Shown here: piece by piece, positions 10,442 through 20,110 of the stretch | How the letters are laid out: each line of letters opens with the position of its first letter | Position numbering within the stretch: position 1 is the stretch's first letter | Origin: Vulcanimicrobiota bacterium | GTDB lineage: Bacteria; Vulcanimicrobiota; Xenobia; Xenobiales; JADMJV01 | Reading direction: 5' to 3' | Assembly (NCBI GenBank): GCA_050250895.1 | Contig: JBFWNU010000002.1 | Location: 224,001 to 288,000 of the forward strand | DNA: 64,000 nucleotides | The notes under the pieces: model-generated | Told to the model about the DNA's origin: nothing | The model's database searches: none | Seen by the model: only the letters and a program-made list of their open reading frames with translations | Translations under genes and position numbers: made by a program

Positions 10442-11218
10442 TTAAAGGTGGTTGGCTATGGTTTCTGTCATTTCTTTGTGCAAGTAGGTGTTGCTCGCCA
10501 ACACCTGGCCGCCGGTCAGCTCGAGGCTGCCCCCGGTAAGATTGGTGACGGTGCCCTCGGCCCCCTCGACGATCAGGGCGGCTGCGGCCATGTCCCAGCT
10601 GGCCAGCTGCCAGTCCCAGAACCCGTCGGCCCGACCGCAAGCCACAAAGCAAATATCCAGGGCAGCGCAGCCGTCTCGCCGGATACCATGGGTCGCACGT
10701 TGCATCGCACTGATCAGAGCCACCTGGCGTTCGCCTCCGGCAAAGCCGGTAATCAGCAGTGCCTCCTCCAGGCGTCGCCGGTGGCTCACTTTGATGGGCT
10801 GACCGTTGAGCCGGCTCGGTCGACCGCGCGCCCCGGTGAAGAGCTCGTCACGCAAAGGGTCGTATACCACCCCGACCTGACAGGTTCCGCCGGCCAACAG
10901 AGCCACCGTCACCGCCACCAGCGGATAGCCGTGGGTGAAGTTCGTGGTGCCGTCCAGAGGGTCCACCACCCAACAAGGCGCGGGGGACGGGGCCCCTCGG
11001 CGGCCACCCTCTTCGCCCAGAAAGCCGTAGTCGGGAAATTCCTGGGTGAGGGCGTCATACAAGAGCTTTTCGCAGGCCAGATCGGTCTCGGTGTAGAGGT
11101 CTTTCGGGCCCTTGGTGCCGGCGACGACGGCCTGGCCAAAATCGGCGCGAATCCGTTGGCCGGCCAGGCGGGCAGCGCGGCAGGCCGCGTCGAGATGCTT
11201 GTCGTCTTGGCGCCCCAT
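10442..11218 (-). CDS. suhB: Inositol monophosphatase family protein (SuhB-like)
   Basis: TETD, GEE, WVVDPLDGTTNF and WDMAA motifs. Start trimmed to ATG 11218 (MGRQDDKHL). Confidence 0.9.
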   Translation of the reverse strand: MGRQDDKHLDAACRAARLAGQRIRADFGQAVVAGTKGPKDLYTETDLACEKLLYDALTQEFPDYGFLGEEGGRRGAPSPAPCWVVDPLDGTTNFTHGYPLVAVTVALLAGGTCQVGVVYDPLRDELFTGARGRPSRLNGQPIKVSHRRRLEEALLITGFAGGERQVALISAMQRATHGIRRDGCAALDICFVACGRADGFWDWQLASWDMAAAALIVEGAEGTVTNLTGGSLELTGGQVLASNTYLHKEMTETIANHL

Positions 11219-11281
11219 AGGCGCCGGGTTCGTCGCTCGCCCGAAGAGGCCTCTCCCAGGGCGCGCCGAAGGTGCTTGGCG

Positions 11282-13309
11282 GTGGCCAGTCCTGGGACTC
11301 TGATAGAGTATGTCCAACAGAAGAGGGTGCTGTGCGCTCTCTGTTTGAAGGTTGATAACAAGGGGACGCTCTTCGTTCAGACCGAAGAGAACCGCCAGGG
11401 TAAAGTCCCTTCTTCCAAGGTGCTCTTCTCGGTGCCGGATAGCCTTTCCCCGGGCTCGGCCCCAGAAGCCATCACCGAGCATCTCAAGAAGGCCTCCGAG
11501 CAACGCGACCAGATCGCGGCCGAAGTGCCGTTGGAGGAACTCTGGGAGCTACTGGTCGACGACGAAGAGGCTGAACTCGAACTCGACGAGCTGGCCGAAC
11601 TCTACTTCGGCGAGGCTCGGGTCGAGCAGCTGTCTGGCCTGTATCGGGCCCTCTCGGACGACAGCATGTGGTTTCTACGCAAGGGCAACAGCTATCGGCC
11701 CCGCCCTCGCGCCCAGGTTGAAGAGATTCAGCAGCGGCTCGAGACCGAACAACGCAAGGAGCGCGAACTTGCGGTGGTCGGAGAGTGGCTCCAACAGCTG
11801 TGGAAGGGGCCCAACGCCGAGGCTCCCGTCGACTATCCGGCGGAGGCCCCCGAGGCCGGGGCTTATTATCTCGACCGTATCAAAGAAGTGGCGGTCCATG
11901 GGCCCGAGGCCACCAAATTCAAGGAGATCAACAAGCTCCTCAAAGACCTCGGTATCACTCGCAAAGACGCGCCCTTTGCCCTGATGCAGAAGGCCGGGCA
12001 CTTTCACCCCGACGAGAACCTGTTGCTCCATGCCTTTCGCACACCCATCGACTTTCGCGACGAAGTCGAAGAGGCTGCTCGCCAGGCGGCCAGCCGGCTC
12101 GACGAGGTTCTGGCCGAGCCGCGCCGCGACCTGACTCATCTCGAGTGTTTCACCGTGGATGACGCCTATACCACCGAGATCGACGATGCTCTTAGCCTGG
12201 AAGAGACCGCCCAGGGCTTTCGCGTGGGTATCCACATCGCCGATGCATCGGCCTTTGTCGAGCCCGGCGGTGTGCTCGACGAGGAAGCGTCGATTCGGGG
12301 CACGGCCGTCTATCTACCCTCACGCAAGATTCGCATGCTGCCAGAGGTGCTCGGTGATGAGGCTGCCAGTCTGATCGCCGGTCCTGTCCGCCCTGCGTTT
12401 TCGTTCTTGCTCGATTACGACCACGATTTCCAACCGCTCGGCGTCGAGATGACCCCCAGCCGGGTGAAGGTGAGCCAGCGGTTGACCTATGACCAGGCCG
12501 ACCAGATGCTCGCCGATGGTTGCGCCTTCTCCCAGCTCTACGACATCGCGGCCGCCCTGCGCGCTCGCCGCCAGGAACAGGGCGCCGTCACCGTGCCTTT
12601 TCCGCGCATCAACGTGCGAGTCGAAGGAGAGCGCATTCTCATCGAGCGCGAGAATGCCCATTCGCAGTCGCAGGTCATGGTCAGCGAAATGATGATCCTG
12701 GCCAATCGCACGGCTGGCGAGTATTTCGCGGCCCACGATGTAGCCGGCCTCTATCGAGGTCAGCAGCCGCCCGAAAAGCCCATCCCACCCGACACCAAAT
12801 TCACTCCCGACGTGCTCTTCCGTCTGCGACGGATGTTTCGCAAAGGCGAAAGCAGCTACAAGCCGATTCGGCATAGCGGTCTGGGGCTCGACGCTTACAC
12901 CCAGGTTTCATCCCCGATTCGGCGCTACAGTGACCTGCTGATGCAGCGTCAGCTCAAGGCTTGCCTGGCCGGGGCACCCTTCTACGACGAAGAGTCTCTG
13001 GTGGCTCGCTGCGCCCATCTGGCTCAGGCCGTCTCTCAGGCCGACCAGATGGAACGCGACCGCAAAGTCTATTGGAGCCTGCGCCACCTCGAAGAGCGCC
13101 GGTTCTCGGAAACGCCAGCCGTGGTGTTGGCCAATCTGCCTGATCGGCATCTGGTGCAGTTGACCGAGGTCCTATGGGAGACCGAGTGTCCCCACATTCC
13201 TGGCAAGCCCCTTCCCCCAGGCTCGCAACTTTCGGTTAGAATAGAGTTGGTATTTCCCAGGGAAAGATTGGTTCGTGTCACACCAGTATCCGAAGACGAC
13301 GAAGGGTAA
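11282..13309 (+). CDS. RNase II/R family exoribonuclease (RNB domain)
   Basis: TVDDAYTTEIDDALS, IHIAD, SEMMILAN, HSGLGLDAYTQVSSPIRRYSDL. Start approximate; the 10439 ORF start is an antisense extension. Confidence 0.9.
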   Translation: MASPGTLIEYVQQKRVLCALCLKVDNKGTLFVQTEENRQGKVPSSKVLFSVPDSLSPGSAPEAITEHLKKASEQRDQIAAEVPLEELWELLVDDEEAELELDELAELYFGEARVEQLSGLYRALSDDSMWFLRKGNSYRPRPRAQVEEIQQRLETEQRKERELAVVGEWLQQLWKGPNAEAPVDYPAEAPEAGAYYLDRIKEVAVHGPEATKFKEINKLLKDLGITRKDAPFALMQKAGHFHPDENLLLHAFRTPIDFRDEVEEAARQAASRLDEVLAEPRRDLTHLECFTVDDAYTTEIDDALSLEETAQGFRVGIHIADASAFVEPGGVLDEEASIRGTAVYLPSRKIRMLPEVLGDEAASLIAGPVRPAFSFLLDYDHDFQPLGVEMTPSRVKVSQRLTYDQADQMLADGCAFSQLYDIAAALRARRQEQGAVTVPFPRINVRVEGERILIERENAHSQSQVMVSEMMILANRTAGEYFAAHDVAGLYRGQQPPEKPIPPDTKFTPDVLFRLRRMFRKGESSYKPIRHSGLGLDAYTQVSSPIRRYSDLLMQRQLKACLAGAPFYDEESLVARCAHLAQAVSQADQMERDRKVYWSLRHLEERRFSETPAVVLANLPDRHLVQLTEVLWETECPHIPGKPLPPGSQLSVRIELVFPRERLVRVTPVSEDDEG

Positions 13310-13318
13310 TGTGAGACC

Positions 13319-14938
13319 ATGGATTTTCGAAATGGACTAGGAGTCTGGCTGCTCGAGCACAAGGTGGCCAAGAGGCGTGTCCTGGAGGATGCGGCTCGCG
13401 AGGCCAAGCGCAGCGGACTTTGGCTCGAGCAGGTTCTGGTCGAGCAGGGGAATGTGGACCGAACCATCCTTCTCCAGGCCCTGGCCGAGTTGAGCGGCGT
13501 GCCGTCGGTCGATCTTGAGAGCTATCCCATCGATCCGGCGGTGGGGCAACTCATCCCCCGCGAGATGGTCGACCGCTTTCGGCTACTACCACTAAAAGAA
13601 AAGCCCGGCGCTCTCGAAGTGGCCATGGTGGACCCCACCGACACCTTCGCCCGCGAATTCATCAAGATGCGGACCGGTCTCGAGGCCGAGCCGCGTACCA
13701 CCATGATTACCGACCTTAAGGCCGCCGTCGAGCGGGCCTTTGCCACCGAGGTCACGCGAGCCCCGGTTCGCCCTAGCGACCGCTATCGCCAGTTGAGTCT
13801 GCCCATGCACAATATGATTCCGGGCAGCCAGGTCACGCGCAAGTCGCGCGAGATTCAGGCCATTACCCTCGAGAAGCCGGTGCCGGTGGCGGTCTCGTCC
13901 GAGCATCCTCAGGACCAGGTGTTGCGCGCTTTGCTCGAGGTTGCTCGCGACCTTGCCTCGACGCTCGAGCCTCAAGTGGTCATTCGCAAGATTCTCAGCA
14001 ACGCCATGGCTATCGCCGACTCGGAGGGAGCCTCGCTCATTCTGATTGGCGAGAGCGGCCACGATCTCTACTTTCGCGAGTCGGTCGGACCGCGCAGTCA
14101 AGAGGTCAAGAACCTGCGTCTGCCGCTCGATGACAAATCAGTGGTGGGTCTGGTCATCAAGAATCAAGCCTCCCAGACCATCAACGACACGGTCGCCGAC
14201 CCCCGCCACAGCAAAAAAGTGGACGAGGCGGTCAGTTTTCAGACCCGCTCGCTCGTCTGTTGCCCGGTCAGTTGGCGTGGCACCCCGGTGGGTGCCCTCA
14301 CGGCCGTCAACAAACGCCATGGAAGTTTCACCGCCGAAGATCAGAGCTATCTCGAACTGCTGGCCGCTCAGGCGGCGGTGGCCCTCTCGAATAGTTCGGT
14401 GCTCGACCAGTTGCGTGGCTTTCACCACGAGATCGTCGGAATTCTGGTCGATGTGCTCGAGGTTTTCGACAACATCTCGCGAGACCACATGGTCGACGTG
14501 GCCCGGGTGGCCACCAAGCTGGCCAGGAAGCTACAGTTGAGTGAGCCCGAAATCGAGTTGCTCTGCTACGCGAGCTTGTTGCACGACATCGGCAAGGTGA
14601 AATGCCCGGATCCCCACGACCCTCGCCATGCGGAGATCGGCGCCACCATGCTGGCCCGGGTCAAGCTGCTGGAAGGGGTCAGCCCGATCATTCGCCACCA
14701 TCACGAGTGCTACGACGGCAGCGGGTTTCCTGATGGTCTGATGGGCGAAGAGATCCCCCCGCTGGCTCGCATCCTGGCTCTCTCTGAGGCCTGGGTCGAA
14801 GAGGTGGCCCTGGCCAAGCCCGAGGCCCAGCCAGAGGCCCTGGCCACTTTGATGCGCGAGTTCGGAGGGCGCTTTGACCCGGCTCTGCGAGAGGCGTTCG
14901 AGTCGGCGGTGGCGGCCACCACCTCCACTCCAGCTTGA
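13319..14938 (+). CDS. GspE-N/MshEN-like + GAF + HD-GYP-like signalling protein
   Basis: N-terminal T2SSE_N-like region (IPREMVDRFRLLP..VAMVDP), GAF (FQTRSLVCCP..NKRHGSFTAED), LLHDIGK, HHECYDGSGFPDGL. Confidence 0.85.
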   Translation: MDFRNGLGVWLLEHKVAKRRVLEDAAREAKRSGLWLEQVLVEQGNVDRTILLQALAELSGVPSVDLESYPIDPAVGQLIPREMVDRFRLLPLKEKPGALEVAMVDPTDTFAREFIKMRTGLEAEPRTTMITDLKAAVERAFATEVTRAPVRPSDRYRQLSLPMHNMIPGSQVTRKSREIQAITLEKPVPVAVSSEHPQDQVLRALLEVARDLASTLEPQVVIRKILSNAMAIADSEGASLILIGESGHDLYFRESVGPRSQEVKNLRLPLDDKSVVGLVIKNQASQTINDTVADPRHSKKVDEAVSFQTRSLVCCPVSWRGTPVGALTAVNKRHGSFTAEDQSYLELLAAQAAVALSNSSVLDQLRGFHHEIVGILVDVLEVFDNISRDHMVDVARVATKLARKLQLSEPEIELLCYASLLHDIGKVKCPDPHDPRHAEIGATMLARVKLLEGVSPIIRHHHECYDGSGFPDGLMGEEIPPLARILALSEAWVEEVALAKPEAQPEALATLMREFGGRFDPALREAFESAVAATTSTPA

Positions 14939-14943
14939 CAAAC

Positions 14944-14974
14944 GAAAAAGGGCCCGGTCAGCCGGGCCCTTTTC
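14944..14974. terminator. Bidirectional intrinsic terminator
   Basis: aaaaagggcccgg-tcag-ccgggccctttt between convergent genes. Confidence 0.9.
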
Positions 14975-14989
14975 TCTATGGTTTCGCGA

Positions 14990-16117
14990 CTAGCGCGAAG
15001 CCTGGTATTTCTGCAGGTTGAACTTATTGAGTTCTGAGGCGCTCGGCCACCAGTCATACATTTTGAAGGCGTCGCCGTTGCGCACGAAGCGGCCCACGAA
15101 CTTCTGGTGGTTGACGGCCAGACTGGTGATGCCCAGGTCTTGCACCGAGGTGACCTCGCCCTGGTCGGGATAGGCGTTGCCGTTCTTGTCCTGCCAGACC
15201 ATCAGGCCGGCCAGTTCATCGCCAGAAATTTGACCATCATTGCTGTTGTCGAGCATCGAGAGGGCTTCGTAACCATCCTCGTAGCCGGTCGAGGTGCCAA
15301 AGAGGCAGGTGCCGTCGATGCGGCCGTCAGCTTTGGGGCGGCAGAGCAAGCCGTCATTGGGGCCGACCCATTCGGTCAACATCGGAAAACCGTTGCCACG
15401 CAGGTCGAAGAAGGCCAGTCGCTTCTTGTAGACGGTGGTGTGGGGCATCCAATCCCCGTTGGAGGCTTCGATTTTGCCGTCGCCATCGAGGTCGAGCACG
15501 ATGGGGCTGACGCACTTGTTGACGACCAATTGGTAGTTCGAGGTCACGCTTAGATTGTTGGTGGTGATGTCGGTATAAAACTGGGTGGTAGTCTCGGTGT
15601 CGGTCGTGATGACATTGATCTGACCAGACTCCACGATAATGCTCGAGATATTGTCGAGGTCTCCGATGAACACGGTTCCAGGTTGCACGATCACCTCGGT
15701 GTTGGTCTCGGTGACCACGGTCTGTCCGTCGTCACGCCGTTCGAAATCCTGGGATAAGACCACCGTGCTGTCCCCCAGATAACTCGTGTTGGAGTAAAAT
15801 TGACCGTTTCGGGCTACGCCGTTGATGTCGGCCCGGAGTTGTGCGTCGAGGGCCGCTATTGCGCTTGCATATTCGGGGTAGGCCACCGTCGCTTCGCGGT
15901 TGAAATGGGTCACGCCGTTGACCTGGCCGATCCCCATGATGTGGGCGAGGTGTTCTTGAATCACGTTGCGGGTCACTGTCGTGATGTCTTCTTGATAGAC
16001 CTGTTCAAAATTGAACTCGAAAATGAGCCCACCATCCCCCTCGCCAGCCACGCCAGCAAGGGCCGGAGACCAGAGAAATAGCGCAAACAAACTCGCGACC
16101 AGTAGACGTTTCACCAT
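14990..16117 (-). CDS. Secreted protein with C-terminal 'PxxLDLDGDG' Ca-binding (FrpC SPM-like) domain
   Basis: Signal peptide ending ALA; SPIVLDLDGDG, WVGPNDGLL, LFG, LDNSNDGQI, WQDKNGN, LGITSL. Confidence 0.75.
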   Translation of the reverse strand: MVKRLLVASLFALFLWSPALAGVAGEGDGGLIFEFNFEQVYQEDITTVTRNVIQEHLAHIMGIGQVNGVTHFNREATVAYPEYASAIAALDAQLRADINGVARNGQFYSNTSYLGDSTVVLSQDFERRDDGQTVVTETNTEVIVQPGTVFIGDLDNISSIIVESGQINVITTDTETTTQFYTDITTNNLSVTSNYQLVVNKCVSPIVLDLDGDGKIEASNGDWMPHTTVYKKRLAFFDLRGNGFPMLTEWVGPNDGLLCRPKADGRIDGTCLFGTSTGYEDGYEALSMLDNSNDGQISGDELAGLMVWQDKNGNAYPDQGEVTSVQDLGITSLAVNHQKFVGRFVRNGDAFKMYDWWPSASELNKFNLQKYQASR

Positions 16118-16218
16118 GACAACTCCTTATAAATCTTTGGCTATCATAGCACGGACATCGATGTCTGGGGAGCTTTGCGAAGAAATCCTAAAGGTTGGGC
16201 TCGCTCGAATCTGGCGGT

Positions 16219-16236
16219 TTGTTAACAAAAGTTAAC
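16219..16236. promoter_or_regulatory. Putative TF site between divergent genes
   Basis: GTTAAC-aaaa-GTTAAC (10-bp period) in an AT-rich intergenic region. Confidence 0.4.
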
Positions 16237-16304
16237 CTAAATTTGCGTTTGCCAGGGAATAGTGTCTGCACGACAATCGCTCAAAGCGATTTCAAGGAGA
16301 TAGT

Positions 16305-16667
16305 ATGTCAATAGCTCTTCTTACCCGCCCCGTTCCGGCTGTGACCGGCGGCTATCGCTATACCTCGCGCGGCCTGGTCGACGCCAGTATGCTCGACAAC
16401 CTGCGCCAGCGCGGCATCGATGATCCCATCTGCTCGATTAAAGACCCCCGTCTCGACTACCCCGAGTTGCTCTTGCTTGACGGCTTCCGCTGGGAGTCCA
16501 CCGACAACGGCTCGCGCTACATCCGCGAGGTCGAAGACAACCCCAGCTGCCAGCAGGTGGTCGAGTTCTGCGCCAACGATGTGCGCAAGGTCACGACCCG
16601 CTGCGGCTATCGCTTCCAAGAGCTGACCCTTCATCCCGACGGGACCTGTATCGAAGTCCACCGCTGA
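16305..16667 (+). CDS. Hypothetical protein
   Basis: 120-aa ORF with AAGGAG SD. Confidence 0.65.
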   Translation: MSIALLTRPVPAVTGGYRYTSRGLVDASMLDNLRQRGIDDPICSIKDPRLDYPELLLLDGFRWESTDNGSRYIREVEDNPSCQQVVEFCANDVRKVTTRCGYRFQELTLHPDGTCIEVHR

Positions 16668-16685
16668 GTTGGCCAGAATCGCCCC

Positions 16686-17111
16686 TCAGTCGAGGACCGT
16701 GTGGGCGAGACCACCCACCCTGCGGAAGTCAGTGTCAAAGGTGACCAGATGAGCCCCCGCCTGAGCGGCTGCCGCGGCGATCCAGATGTCGTTGGTAGGG
16801 ATGGGAGTTCCGTTCTTGCGAAGCTCGGCGAAGAGCTTACCGTAGAGACCGCTCACCGGCTGGGTAATCGGCTGTGAAAAGACGAACGGCTCGGCCAGAA
16901 AATCTTGCAGAGTGGCCATGTTCTCGCTATAGCGAGCCCCGAGCCGAAAGCCAGCTTCGAGTTCCCCGATCACGACCGTGCACACGTCCACTCGCTCGGC
17001 GGCGGCAAGCCAACGTAGCACGGTGTTGTGTCCGCGCCTCAGTTGCGAATAGGCTGACGTGTCGAAAGCGAGATAGCCCGCCGGTGGGTTATTGCCAGAG
17101 GGCATCGTCAA
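16686..17111 (-). CDS. vapC: VapC-family PIN domain toxin
   Basis: AFDTSAY, VIGEL, PIPTNDIWIAA, LVTFDTDF. Confidence 0.92.
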   Translation of the reverse strand: MTMPSGNNPPAGYLAFDTSAYSQLRRGHNTVLRWLAAAERVDVCTVVIGELEAGFRLGARYSENMATLQDFLAEPFVFSQPITQPVSGLYGKLFAELRKNGTPIPTNDIWIAAAAAQAGAHLVTFDTDFRRVGGLAHTVLD

Positions 17112-17343
17112 CCGTTCTTTGGGCGGCCAAGGACTGCTGAAACTCTTCGAAGTCGTCCTGCGTCCAGGTTGCGTATCGTTGCTTTAGATGTTCGTAGCGC
17201 TGATCGTGGTCCATCGCCTCCTCTAGAAGGTTCAGGATTAGCGAGTTCAGGCTGGTCCCTGCCAGCAGGGCGCGATTCTTGAGCTTACGTGCCAATTCCG
17301 GCGAGACGTTGCGCAAAGTGATTCTTTGGGATCGTGACTCCAT
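17089..17343 (-). CDS. FitA/Arc-like ribbon-helix-helix antitoxin
   Basis: ITLRNVSPELARKLKNRA..SLNSLILNLL; directly upstream of and overlapping vapC. Confidence 0.85.
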   Translation of the reverse strand: MESRSQRITLRNVSPELARKLKNRALLAGTSLNSLILNLLEEAMDHDQRYEHLKQRYATWTQDDFEEFQQSLAAQRTVDDALWQ

Positions 17344-17374
17344 GATGTCACCATCTTAGCGTCGTGATGTCACC
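17343..17374 (-). promoter_or_regulatory. Probable antitoxin autorepression operator pair around the -10 box
   Basis: tgatgtcacc at 17343-17352 and 17365-17374, flanking a minus-strand TAAGAT. Confidence 0.6.
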
Positions 17375-17382
17375 CTGTCGAG

Positions 17383-17835
17383 TTATTCGAGAAATCGACG
17401 CAACTGTTCCACATCGGCCAGATCTTGGAGCCGACCCACAGCCTCTTTGTTGGTGATCAGGTCGCGGGCGGACAGAAAACCCACCTCGAGTCCGTCGAGT
17501 TCGACCACCAGCCGGCGCGGATAGCAAGAAGTGAAGTCGAGACCTTTTAGACTGGTCAGTAGCCCGACGCGATTGGGTTCATAACCGAGTTGGATGATGC
17601 GGTCCTCGGCTGTGAAGTCAGGCTCCTCCAAGCCGAGCCCGCCGAAGCCGAAGTCGGTTAGGGCGGCCAGTGTCCGGTGGGCGTTCTCAGGAGTGGCCTC
17701 CAACCAGATGTCGAGGTCTTTCGTGTAACGGGGAACCGAGTGCACCGAAGTCGCATATCCCCCGGCCACCAGGTAGCGAACGCCGTGATTGTTCAGCAGT
17801 TCGAGCAGGTCTCGAAAATCGGCTCCCAGCTTCAC
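17383..17835 (-). CDS. Nucleotidyltransferase (DUF6036-like)
   Basis: YLVAGGYA..H..PRYTKDLDIW..NKEAVGRLQDLADVE. GTG start overlaps the upstream stop (GTGA). Confidence 0.85.
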   Translation of the reverse strand: MKLGADFRDLLELLNNHGVRYLVAGGYATSVHSVPRYTKDLDIWLEATPENAHRTLAALTDFGFGGLGLEEPDFTAEDRIIQLGYEPNRVGLLTSLKGLDFTSCYPRRLVVELDGLEVGFLSARDLITNKEAVGRLQDLADVEQLRRFLE

Positions 17836-18014
17836 TTGACAGTTCGCCGAGTCACGACCCTGGCCATCGGTTGATCCGGATCGCCGAATCGGGCGATGAA
17901 CATCCTGCGCAGTTCCTCCAATTGAGCGATCGCCTGCTGGGGCGTCCGGCGGTGGAGGGGCTCCTGGTCGCCCTGGGTCCGCCGATGTACGACTCTCTTG
18001 ATGGCTCTCTCCAT
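17832..18014 (-). CDS. Small partner protein of the nucleotidyltransferase
   Basis: 60 aa, translationally coupled to the downstream NTase. Confidence 0.65.
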   Translation of the reverse strand: MERAIKRVVHRRTQGDQEPLHRRTPQQAIAQLEELRRMFIARFGDPDQPMARVVTRRTVK

Positions 18015-18143
18015 AGAGTGTGTTTCGAGCTAGACTTCGGCGTCCCTCGAAATCGACGAGGCCAGGGCTGCTGGCTGTATTGACATCGGCCCCGAATGCC
18101 AATTGCTCTGACTATAGTCATGACCAGGGTCGAACCGCGCAAA

Positions 18144-18365
18144 ATGTCCAAAAGCAAGCTGAAGGCTCACATGCTCGCCGTGTTTCGCGAACTCGAAGAG
18201 AGCGGGGAAGAGTTGGTGGTCACCGACAACAATCGCCCCGTCCTGCGTATCGTCCCGTACATCGCGGCCACCTCTGTCGAGCAGGCCTTCCAGGCAGTGC
18301 GCGGGCGGCTGGTGTTGCACGAGGACCCCGACGTTCCGACCGTCGACGAATGGGACGAAGTCTAG
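18144..18365 (+). CDS. Phd/YefM-type antitoxin
   Basis: SKSKLKAHMLAVFRELEESGEELVVTDNNRPVLRIVP; start could be 18120. Confidence 0.85.
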   Translation: MSKSKLKAHMLAVFRELEESGEELVVTDNNRPVLRIVPYIAATSVEQAFQAVRGRLVLHEDPDVPTVDEWDEV

Positions 18366-18368
18366 CCA

Positions 18369-18533
18369 GTGGTGGTCCTGGACCCCTCGGCCCTGCTCTA
18401 TTGGACCTTATCGACCGACCGGCTCTTCGAGCCCGCCCGGCTCACCATGGAGGCCACGGCCAGCCTGAGAGGCTGTTCGCTGGTGACCTCGGATCGGGCG
18501 ATCGCCGACTTCTACTCCAAGACCGTCTGGTAG
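18369..18533 (+). pseudogene. Internally deleted PIN (VapC) toxin
   Basis: My translation, MVVLDPSALLYWTLSTDRLFEPARLTMEATASLRGCSLVTSDRAIADFYSKTVW*, joins PIN N- and C-termini with the middle missing. Confidence 0.75.
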
Positions 18534-20026
18534 CCCAATCTCTGAAAGAGGCGGGTGCCGAGGCGGGCGAACACCAGCGTGACCACCAGATAGAACACGC
18601 AGCAAAGCCAGAAGAGGTGGCTGTGGTTGGTTTCCCACAGCAGAGTGGCAAGAGCCATGACCGGGCTGGTCAGGCTGAACATCAGGAAGTCGCGGCTTGT
18701 GCCCAGCACCGTGAAGACCAGGTCCAGCACAGTGCTACCCAGGAAAGCCGCCACGCCAGCCGCCATCACCCATTGGCCGGCCTTGCTGGTGGACATCGTA
18801 CGCGTCGAGGCCCACAGGCCAAAGGCCGAGATACCACCGATCACCAGCGCCGTGAGTCCGACTAATAGCAATCCGTTCCAGAGCGAGCCGTCCCGGACCT
18901 GAGCCACGGCCAACAGAAACAGGGGCGAGAAAACCGCCAGTTCCATCAGCAGGGGCATGGTGACGACCCCCAGTTTGCCGAGATAGATCTCGCCGGGAGT
19001 CATTCTGGTCGAGAGCAGACTCTCGAGGGTGCGTCGCTCGCCTTCTGCGGCCATGGCGCGAGCAGACTGATTGCCCGCCCGGGTGGCGAAGTAGATCAGA
19101 TGCAAGAACAACGAGAGGGTGGCGGCCTCTTCTAATCGCCAGTCCAGCGCCAGCGGCGCCCCGACCAGCGTAGTCAGCATGATCGCCGGATAGAGCCAGG
19201 GCTTCGAAAAGCTCAATTCGCGATAGAGTAGGGGATGGCGGTCGAGGCCGGGAAGACGGGGGCGAAACGGCTTGCTGCGCTTCCACTGGCGGGCCCCTTC
19301 GAGCGTGCATGACTGATAGGCGACCAGGGCAACCAGCAAGTGGGCTACGAGGAAGCTGCCGATGGAGTTGCTTCGGCAGGCGAAGCCGAATTGGGCCGCC
19401 GCAGCCACTACGGGGTTGACCACCTGCGACCAGGCCAGTCCGCTGCTGTTGCCGATGGCATCGAACAGGAAGCTACCGAGGAAGGTCGTTCCCAGCAAAG
19501 CATAACCCCACTGAGAAGCCTGGAAGTGCCCGGGGCAGCGGCTCGAGACGAAGAGTCCCAGGCAGGTGTAGCAGATCACCACCACCAGGGTGATCAGCAC
19601 GCACTTGAGCCAGAACCAGGGCGGCGCTTCGACCTGGTTATAGAAGAGCGGCACCAGGGGCAAAAAGACGAACTCGCGCAAGCGCTGCCACAGACAGATG
19701 CCCAGGTGGCCCCGCAAGACCTCGGTGGCGCTCGTCGGGGTCGAGGCTAGCACGTCGAGGGTCTGCGCATCGCGCTCTTTGGCGAAGGCGCCTAGCGCCC
19801 CGAACAGCGAGCGGGCGGCAAAATAGAGAAAGTGGGCCATCGCTGTCAGGGTCAGGGCCAGGCTGGGGCCGTCGTAGTGGTCGCCGGCCCAGGCCGTGAC
19901 CAGCAGGCCCGGTGTCAGCACTACCAGGGGGTAGGTCAGCCACTGGACCAGGCTTTGGGGGTTATTGCGGGCCGCCCGTTGGGCGCGATAACAGATGGCG
20001 TTCTCGTGAAACATGATGGCCTCCAC
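18512..20026 (-). CDS. ABC-2-type permease-like protein with two repeats
   Basis: Repeated motif KERDAQTLDVLASTP / EGERRTLESLLSTRM; many TM segments. Confidence 0.8.
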   Translation of the reverse strand: MEAIMFHENAICYRAQRAARNNPQSLVQWLTYPLVVLTPGLLVTAWAGDHYDGPSLALTLTAMAHFLYFAARSLFGALGAFAKERDAQTLDVLASTPTSATEVLRGHLGICLWQRLREFVFLPLVPLFYNQVEAPPWFWLKCVLITLVVVICYTCLGLFVSSRCPGHFQASQWGYALLGTTFLGSFLFDAIGNSSGLAWSQVVNPVVAAAAQFGFACRSNSIGSFLVAHLLVALVAYQSCTLEGARQWKRSKPFRPRLPGLDRHPLLYRELSFSKPWLYPAIMLTTLVGAPLALDWRLEEAATLSLFLHLIYFATRAGNQSARAMAAEGERRTLESLLSTRMTPGEIYLGKLGVVTMPLLMELAVFSPLFLLAVAQVRDGSLWNGLLLVGLTALVIGGISAFGLWASTRTMSTSKAGQWVMAAGVAAFLGSTVLDLVFTVLGTSRDFLMFSLTSPVMALATLLWETNHSHLFWLCCVFYLVVTLVFARLGTRLFQRLGYQTVLE

Positions 20027-20110
20027 CGGCTCTGGTCGTCTTTACCCCATGTTTTCTTCCTCGGCCGGGATTGACCTGGGGGGGGAAGGTGCTTATAATG
20101 GGGACCGCAT

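Noticed and set aside
10439-11281. N-terminal 281 aa of the 956-aa ORF
   Set aside because: Antisense to the inositol monophosphatase gene; the RNase II-like sequence starts near 11276-11282.
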